From: Desulfobacterales bacterium
Lineage (GTDB): Bacteria > Desulfobacterota > Desulfobacteria > Desulfobacterales > UBA5852
Direction: 5' to 3'
Assembly (NCBI GenBank): GCA_963674755.2
Contig: CAXXVS010000003.1
Location: 928,001 to 992,000, forward strand
Length of the DNA: 64,000 nucleotides
Positions within the stretch are counted from its first letter, which is position 1. Each line of letters opens with the position of its first letter. The notes under the pieces are model-generated. The model ran no database searches, was not told the origin of the DNA, and saw only the letters and a list, made by a program, of their open reading frames with translations. Below are positions 58,034 to 64,000 of the stretch, in pieces. Made by a program: the position numbers and the translations under genes.

Positions 58034-60060
58034 GACCCGTTCTCCAGAGTCGCGGCGATCAAGTCATCATCCACCCAATAGGGCAGGGTGACATGGTCGC
58101 GGCCTTCGGCACTGCGGTTGTGGGCGGCAATGGTCTCCAAGGCGTTGGGGTTGCGGGCCCAGGCGCGTCGGGCCACACCGCCCAGGACATCCCAGGGCAT
58201 GGCCCGCCGGATGATGGCGTCCACCCGTTCGCTGCCGTCCAGCACAAGGCCGAAGCCGCCATTGATCGCTTTGCCGATACCGACGCCGCCCCCGTTGTGC
58301 AGGGCCACCAGACTCATGCCCCGGGCGGCGTTGCCCGCAAAGCAATGGGTGGCCATGTCGGCCATGACGTTGCTGCCGTCGTAGATGTTGGCGGTTTCAC
58401 GATAGGGCGAGTCCGTGCCGCCCGTGTCGTGGTGATCGCGCCCCAGCATGACCGGGCCGATGGCACCCTGGCGGACCATTTCGTTGAACTTCAGGGCGAT
58501 GCGGGTGCGGCCCTCGGCATCCTGGTAGAGGATGCGGGCTTGGGAGCCCACCACCAGCTTGTTTTTCCCGGCGTCGCGGATCCAGTTGTAATTGTCCCGG
58601 TCCTGGAAGCGCCGGTCCGGATCGATGCAGTCCATGGCGGCCTGATCCGTGGCGGTCAGGTCTTCCGGCCGTCCGCTCAGGCAGACCCAGCGGAAGGGGC
58701 CGTAGCCGTAGTCGAACATCAGGGGTCCCATCAGGTCTTCCACGTAGGAAGGGAAGATAAATCCCTCCAGGGTATTGCGCCCGTTGCGGCAGACCTCGGT
58801 CACGCCGGCATCGGCGATGGCCTTCAGGAAGCTGTTCCCGTAATCGAAAAAGTAGGTGCCCTGTTTTACCAGCTGACGGACCAGTTCGAAATGCTGCTTC
58901 AAGGAGGCGTCCACCAGGGTCCTGAAACGGTCATAGTCCGTTTTGAGCATGGCGGTGCGCTCCGCGAAGGTGAGCCCCTGGGGGCAATAGCCGCCCTCGT
59001 AGACCACATGGCAGGAGGTCTGGTCGGAAAGCAGATCGATGGGCACCTCATGGTCCACGGCGTATGCCAGCAGATCGACGATATTGCCGTGGAAGGCGAT
59101 GGCCGCCGGGACCCGTTCGTCCTGGCGGGTCCGTGCCAGCCGGAAGGCTTCCGCCGGATCGCTTACCACATCCCCCACCCAGCCCTGGTCGTGGCGGGTT
59201 CGGATGCGGGAGGCGTCCACTTCGGCGATGATGCCCACCCCGCCGGCGATTTCGATGGCCTTGCCCTGGGCGCCGCTCATGCCCCCCAAACCGGAAGAGA
59301 CAAAGAGACGACCGGCCACATCACCGTCGGCCTGCAGCCCGAACTTGTGCCGGGCCGCATTGAGGATGGTGCTGTAGGTGCCGTGTACGATGCCCTGGGG
59401 GCCGATGTACATCCAGCCGCCGGCGGTCATCTGGCCGTAGTTGGCCACGCCCAGGGCGGCGGCCCGGTTCCATTGTTCCAGGTCGTCGAACTCGCCCACC
59501 ATCAGGCCGTTGGTGATCACCACCCGCGGGGCCTCGGGGTGCGAGGCGAAGAGTCCCAGGGGATGGCCCGAGGCCATAACCAGGGTCTGCTCCCGGGTGA
59601 GTTCTTCCAGATAGCGCTTGATCAGCCGATACTGCATCCAGTTCTGGCAAACCTGGCCGGTTTCCCCGTAGGTCACGAGCTCGTAAGGATAGAGGGCCAC
59701 GTCGAAATCCAGGTTGTTGTCGATCATGACCTGGAAGGCCCGGCCCTCGATGCAGCGGCCGTGGTAAGTGTCGATGGCCCGGGCCCGGATGGCGCCCCGG
59801 GGCCTGAAGCGATAGCCGTAGATGCGTCCTCGGGTTTCGAGTTCTTCCAGGAATTCCGGTGCCAGGGCGGCGTGCCAGGCCGGCGGCACATAGCGCAGGG
59901 CATTTTTAAGGGCCAGCGCGGTTTCGTCCCGGCTGAGGTGGATGTGGCGGCGCGGCGCGCGCCGGATACCGTCTTCAAAGACAGCCGGCGCGGGCATTTG
60001 GTCGAAGACGTCTTCCAGCCGGATGCGCATGGCATCGCGGATGTCCCGGTTGGTCAGCAT
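58030..60060 (-). CDS. hutU: Urocanate hydratase, long (~676 aa) form
   Basis: GRIYGYRFRP, GQMTAG, GPQGIVHGT, GLGGMSGAQ, SDQTSCH, GRDHHD, HNGGG; GGAGG RBS before ATG 60060. Confidence 0.96.
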   Translation of the reverse strand: MLTNRDIRDAMRIRLEDVFDQMPAPAVFEDGIRRAPRRHIHLSRDETALALKNALRYVPPAWHAALAPEFLEELETRGRIYGYRFRPRGAIRARAIDTYHGRCIEGRAFQVMIDNNLDFDVALYPYELVTYGETGQVCQNWMQYRLIKRYLEELTREQTLVMASGHPLGLFASHPEAPRVVITNGLMVGEFDDLEQWNRAAALGVANYGQMTAGGWMYIGPQGIVHGTYSTILNAARHKFGLQADGDVAGRLFVSSGLGGMSGAQGKAIEIAGGVGIIAEVDASRIRTRHDQGWVGDVVSDPAEAFRLARTRQDERVPAAIAFHGNIVDLLAYAVDHEVPIDLLSDQTSCHVVYEGGYCPQGLTFAERTAMLKTDYDRFRTLVDASLKQHFELVRQLVKQGTYFFDYGNSFLKAIADAGVTEVCRNGRNTLEGFIFPSYVEDLMGPLMFDYGYGPFRWVCLSGRPEDLTATDQAAMDCIDPDRRFQDRDNYNWIRDAGKNKLVVGSQARILYQDAEGRTRIALKFNEMVRQGAIGPVMLGRDHHDTGGTDSPYRETANIYDGSNVMADMATHCFAGNAARGMSLVALHNGGGVGIGKAINGGFGLVLDGSERVDAIIRRAMPWDVLGGVARRAWARNPNALETIAAHNRSAEGRDHVTLPYWVDDDLIAATLENGS

Positions 60061-60205
60061 GGCGACCTCCCTCATTGATCGGATAGAACCGTTGCCCCAT
60101 AACGGGCGACGGGACCTATGGCGTCAAGCCACTCAGTATTCTGTAAACTGTCTGAAATTACAGGGAATGGTATTGACAAAGTACAATTGTTATGTATGTA
60201 TTGAC

Positions 60206-60217
60206 TTGTATATACAA
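60206..60217. promoter_or_regulatory. HutC operator in the divergent hutU/hutC promoter region
   Basis: Perfect palindrome TTGTATATACAA containing the HutC core TGTA-N2-TACA; overlaps the -10 region of the minus-strand TTGACA at 60231-60236. Confidence 0.8.
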
Positions 60218-60373
60218 CTCCCCATAAAGCTGTCAAGAAGGTTTGGTAAGAGCGCAACAAAGGGCCGCGGCTCGACCGCCGCCACCCGTTCGGGCCGTTG
60301 CCTCCCCGTCGGGTTGCAGGTCAAATGAACCGGCCGCGGCCGATGGTTCGATAGCGCATCAGAAAGATATTGA

Positions 60374-61129
60374 ATGCCGAATCCAAAGTTAACCCGTTCG
60401 CCGCGCCGCACGCTGTACCAGGAAGTGAAAGCCTACGTGCTGGACCTGATTCAGCGTGAAGAATGGCCCACCCACTATCAGGTGCCCTCGGAACACACCC
60501 TGGTGGAACGGCTGGGAGTCTCCCGCATGACGGTTCATCGGGCTCTGCGCGAATTGTCCAGCGAGGGCCGCCTCTACCGGGTGCAGGGGGTGGGCACCTT
60601 CGTGGCGGCCCAGAAGCCCCAGTCGGCTTTTCTGACCGTCCGCAGCATCGCCGAGGAAATCCAATGCCGGGGCGGCGTTCACAGCAGTGACGTGCTGCTG
60701 CTGCAGGAGGAGCCGGCATCGCCGGAGATTGCCGCTATCATGGGGTTGCCCCGGAAGGCCCCGGTTTTCCATTCGATATTGGTGCACAAGGATCGCGGGG
60801 TGCCGATCCAGTATGCGGAGCGGTTCGTCAATCCGGCCGTGGCACCGGAATTTCTCCAGCAGGACTTTGACCGCACGACACCCAGTGCGTATCTTCTGCG
60901 CATTGCGCCGGTGACGGAGGCGGAGCACGTGGTGGAGGCCGCACCAGTGGAGCCCGGCATCCGCAAGCTGCTTCAGATGCCTGCCCATGAACCTTGTCTG
61001 ATTCTGCACCGCACCACCTGGGTGGGCACTGCCGTCGCCACCCGCAATCGTTTTGTCTACCCGGGGTCGCGCTTTCGCATCGGCAGCCGCTTTCGCGTGA
61101 CGCCGGAGGAAGCGCATTGCGTCATTTAG
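60374..61129 (+). CDS. hutC: Histidine utilization repressor (GntR-UTRA)
   Basis: PSE, VSRMTVHRAL, QGVGTFV, RSIAEEI; UTRA C-terminus. Confidence 0.94.
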   Translation: MPNPKLTRSPRRTLYQEVKAYVLDLIQREEWPTHYQVPSEHTLVERLGVSRMTVHRALRELSSEGRLYRVQGVGTFVAAQKPQSAFLTVRSIAEEIQCRGGVHSSDVLLLQEEPASPEIAAIMGLPRKAPVFHSILVHKDRGVPIQYAERFVNPAVAPEFLQQDFDRTTPSAYLLRIAPVTEAEHVVEAAPVEPGIRKLLQMPAHEPCLILHRTTWVGTAVATRNRFVYPGSRFRIGSRFRVTPEEAHCVI

Positions 61130-61312
61130 TATTCGTCAGGAAATGGCATCTTTTGGCCCCGGCCCGCCGCCGGTGAACAAAACTACCTTTGGCGGACAGG
61201 CCGGCGTTCTCGCCTCCTGTCGGTCCTCGGCGTAGCCGGGCTACGCCTGCGGGCGCCAGTCGGCTGCGGCCTTGCCAGGAACCAAAATCTACCATTTCCA
61301 GACGAATACTAA
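61126..61312. mobile_element. Non-autonomous MITE-like element (~185 bp) with 31-bp terminal inverted repeats
   Basis: Left TTAGTATTCGTCAGGAAATGGCATCTTTTGG vs reverse-complemented right TTAGTATTCGTCTGGAAATGGTAGATTTTGG (27/31); possible TA duplication; internal hairpins. Confidence 0.7.
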
Positions 61313-61340
61313 TCGGCTTTCTTACAACACCATGGGGGAT

Positions 61341-62873
61341 ATGATGGAGACCATTGCACTGGGAATGGAGGGGATGACCCTGGAGGATCTCGTGCGCATC
61401 GCCCGACAGGGCGCGGCCGTAACGCTGACCCCCGGGGCGGCGGAACGGATCCGCCGGGCCTGGGCCCTGATCCAGCGCTGGGTGGACGAGGAGCGCACGG
61501 TGTACGGCGTCACCACCGGTTTCGGGGCCCTGAGCGATGTGACCATTTCCAAGGGGGACACCCGCCAGCTGCAGCTCAACATCCTTAAAAGCCATTCCGT
61601 GGGAGTGGGCCAGCCCCTGGCCGCCGAGATCGTGCGCGCCATGATGGCCCTGCGCCTCAAGGATTTTGCCCGGGGCAATGCGGGGGTTCGTATGGAAACG
61701 GTGCAGGCCCTGGAGCGTTTGTTGAATGCCGGCGTGGTACCCCGGGTGCCTGAAAAAGGTTCCGTGGGGGCCAGCGGGGACCTGGTGCCCCTGGCCCATA
61801 TGGCGATCATCCTGATCGGCGAAGGGCAGGCGTTCATGGACGGCGCCCTCGTTACCGGGCGGGAAGCGCTGGAAGCCTGCGGTCTTACGCCTTTGGCACT
61901 GGAGGCCGGGGAAGGGTTGGCCCTCATCAACGGTACCCAGGCCATGACCGCCATCGGAGGATTGGCGGTGCACGACGCGGCCCGTCTGGCGCGCCATGCG
62001 GACCTTGCCGCCGCCATGAGTCTCGAAGTCCTGATGGGCAGCCGGACCGAGTTCGACCCCCGCATCCACCGGCTGCGCCCCCATCCCGGACAGGCCGTGG
62101 CCGCGGAGAACATGGAACGGATCACTCGCAACAGCGAGATCATCTCTTCCCACCGGGACTGCAAGCGTGTCCAGGACGCCTATACCCTGCGCTGCTCGCC
62201 CCAGGTGCACGGCGCCAGCCGGGATGCCATCGCCTATGCCCGGCAGGTGCTGGAAACCGAGATGAACAGCTCCACCGGCAATCCCCTGATCGATCCGGAA
62301 AGCGGCGTTTTCTTTCTGGGCGGCAATTTTCACGGCCAGCCCGTGGCCCTGGCCCTGGATTTCATGTGCATGGCCGTGGCCGAACTGGCCAACATCGCGG
62401 AGCGCCGCGTCGAACGGCTGGTCAATCCCAAACTAAGCGGCCTGCCCGCTTTTCTCGTCAAGGACGGGGGGCTCAATTCCGGTTTCATGATCGCCCAGTA
62501 CGTGGCCGCCGCCCTGGTGTCGGAGAACAAGGTCATGAGCCATCCGGCCGTGGTGGATTCCATCCCCACCTCCGCCAACAAGGAGGATCATGTCTCCATG
62601 GGGACAATCTCCGCCCGCAAGTGCCGGGAAGTGGTCCAGAACGCAGAGCACGTTATCGCCATCGAGCTCTTGTGCGCGGCCCAGGCCCTGGACCTTTTCA
62701 CCAACATGCAGCCCGGGGTGGGCACCCAAGCCGCCTATGAAGTGATTCGTGGTACCGTCCCCCACCTGGAAAACGATCGCATCCTGTCGGAGGATGTCCG
62801 GCGCATCGTGGGGCTGGTCCGTAGCGGGGTAATTCTGGAGGCCGTTGAAAAGGCGGCCGGAGTTGTGAGGTAG
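61341..62873 (+). CDS. hutH: Histidine ammonia-lyase
   Basis: YGVTTGFG, MIO motif GASGDL, LINGTQ, QDAYTLRC, GGNFHG, EDHVSM; start ATG 61341/61344. Confidence 0.96.
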   Translation: MMETIALGMEGMTLEDLVRIARQGAAVTLTPGAAERIRRAWALIQRWVDEERTVYGVTTGFGALSDVTISKGDTRQLQLNILKSHSVGVGQPLAAEIVRAMMALRLKDFARGNAGVRMETVQALERLLNAGVVPRVPEKGSVGASGDLVPLAHMAIILIGEGQAFMDGALVTGREALEACGLTPLALEAGEGLALINGTQAMTAIGGLAVHDAARLARHADLAAAMSLEVLMGSRTEFDPRIHRLRPHPGQAVAAENMERITRNSEIISSHRDCKRVQDAYTLRCSPQVHGASRDAIAYARQVLETEMNSSTGNPLIDPESGVFFLGGNFHGQPVALALDFMCMAVAELANIAERRVERLVNPKLSGLPAFLVKDGGLNSGFMIAQYVAAALVSENKVMSHPAVVDSIPTSANKEDHVSMGTISARKCREVVQNAEHVIAIELLCAAQALDLFTNMQPGVGTQAAYEVIRGTVPHLENDRILSEDVRRIVGLVRSGVILEAVEKAAGVVR

Positions 62874-62876
62874 CGC

Positions 62877-64000
62877 ATGCCAAAGATCATCGAATGTGTC
62901 CCCAATTTTTCCGAAGGCCGCCGCAAGGAGGTTATCGAGGCCATCGCCGAGGCCATCCGCGCCACGGCCGGCTGTACGCTGCTCGATGTGGATCCCGGCC
63001 GTTCCACCAACCGCACGGTTTATACCTTCGTGGGGTCGCCCCAGGCCGTGGTGGAGGGCGCCCTGGCCGGTGCCCGGGTCGCCCGCCGGCAGATCGACAT
63101 GCGCACCCACAGCGGTGAACACCCCCGCATGGGCGCTCTGGACGTGTGCCCCTTCGTGCCGGTGGCCAACGTGACGATGGATGAATGTGTGGCCGCTTCC
63201 CGGGAATTTGCCCGCCGGGCGGCGGAGGAATTGGGGATCCCGCTGTTCCTCTATGAGGACGCCGCCCAGAACCCCCATCGCAAGACCCTACCCCAGATTC
63301 GCGAGGGCGAATACGAAGGCCTGGCGGAAAGGCTCAAACAGCCGGAATGGAAGCCGGATTACGGCCCGGACCAATTCGACCCCGAATGGGGCGCCACGGT
63401 CACCGGCGCCCGCAATTTCCTGGTCGCTTACAATGTCAACATCCTCGGCACGCCCAACCAGGCCCACCGCATGGCATTGAACCTGCGCGAGGCCGGCCGC
63501 GGTCCGGATGAGCCCGGGCGCCTGAAAGCAGTCAAGGGAATGGGCTGGCTCGTGGACGACTACAATCTGGCCCAGGTGACGGTCAACCTGACCGATTTTC
63601 GCGTAACCCCGCCCCATGTGTTTTTTGAAGCGGTCAAGGAAGAAGCGGCCAAACTCCGAGTGGGCGTGGCCGGTTCGGAAATTGTGGGTCTCCTGCCTCT
63701 GGAAGCCATGCTCATGGCAGCCGATTTTTATATCGAGCGGGAAAATCTGTTTATTTACGAGGAAGACCAGAAGATTCGGCTGGTGGTGGACCGGTTAGGG
63801 CTCAATACGGTGGCTCCCTTCGATCCGGCCGAGAAGATCATCGAATATCGCGTCGCCGAAGCCCCCCGGGAGCCGCTGGCCGGCAGTACTCTGCGGGACT
63901 TCATCGAGCAGATCGCTGCCCGAACCTCCGCCCCGGGAGGCGGATCGGCGTCGGCGGCCATGGCGGCCATGGGGACGGCCCTGGGGGCCATGGTGGCCAA
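62877..64000 (+). CDS. ftcD: Bifunctional glutamate formimidoyltransferase-cyclodeaminase (runs off the right edge)
   Basis: Absent from the track. Hand translation: [56 protein letters not shown]; then cyclodeaminase start [14 protein letters not shown]. Confidence 0.93.
   Translation, partial: MPKIIECVPNFSEGRRKEVIEAIAEAIRATAGCTLLDVDPGRSTNRTVYTFVGSPQAVVEGALAGARVARRQIDMRTHSGEHPRMGALDVCPFVPVANVTMDECVAASREFARRAAEELGIPLFLYEDAAQNPHRKTLPQIREGEYEGLAERLKQPEWKPDYGPDQFDPEWGATVTGARNFLVAYNVNILGTPNQAHRMALNLREAGRGPDEPGRLKAVKGMGWLVDDYNLAQVTVNLTDFRVTPPHVFFEAVKEEAAKLRVGVAGSEIVGLLPLEAMLMAADFYIERENLFIYEEDQKIRLVVDRLGLNTVAPFDPAEKIIEYRVAEAPREPLAGSTLRDFIEQIAARTSAPGGGSASAAMAAMGTALGAMVA

Noticed and set aside
58093..60078. 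661-aa + strand ORF and similar long antisense ORFs (9452-11194, 54646-56145, 56633-58081)
   Set aside because: Shadows of well-supported genes on the opposite strand
1..64000. CRISPR arrays, tRNA/rRNA, SRP RNA near ffh, transposases, prophage or defence genes
   Set aside because: No spaced direct repeats, RNA signatures or corresponding protein motifs were seen

Overview
High-GC bacterial chromosome segment. Gene content (Mop-type aldehyde oxidoreductases, sigma54 two-component systems, sirC-ccsA-hemA, long urocanase) points to a sulfate-reducing Desulfobacterota-like organism; this is inference. Left to right: (1) a minus-strand aldehyde oxidoreductase operon with two tandem Mop paralogues and an FAD/Fe-S/CCG partner; (2) a ~14-kb signalling island with two histidine kinases, three receiver proteins, a TauE exporter, a TerC protein and a CBS micro-protein. 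Four sigma54 promoters there each have a TGTC-N11-GACA-like box 91-106 bp upstream. At its centre is a REC-CBS gene abutting an apparent GNAT acetyltransferase/Zn-deacetylase fusion, which looks like an AcuABC-type acetylation switch wired to phosphorelay and is the best candidate for an undescribed system; (3) a motif-degenerate serine hydrolase, and an ArsB/NhaD transporter translationally coupled to a non-catalytic eIF2B-like protein; (4) housekeeping genes for heme biosynthesis, RNA modification and the ffh-rpsP-rimM-trmD-rplS-rnhB block; (5) acyl-CoA ligases, a beta-CASP nuclease and a redox/sulfur trio; (6) a histidine-utilisation locus with a LIV-type ABC transporter, aspartoacylase, an animal-like bifunctional FTCD and a MITE-like element between hutC and hutH. 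No rRNA, tRNA, CRISPR array or transposase was seen. All calls come from motif reading by eye; no database search was run.
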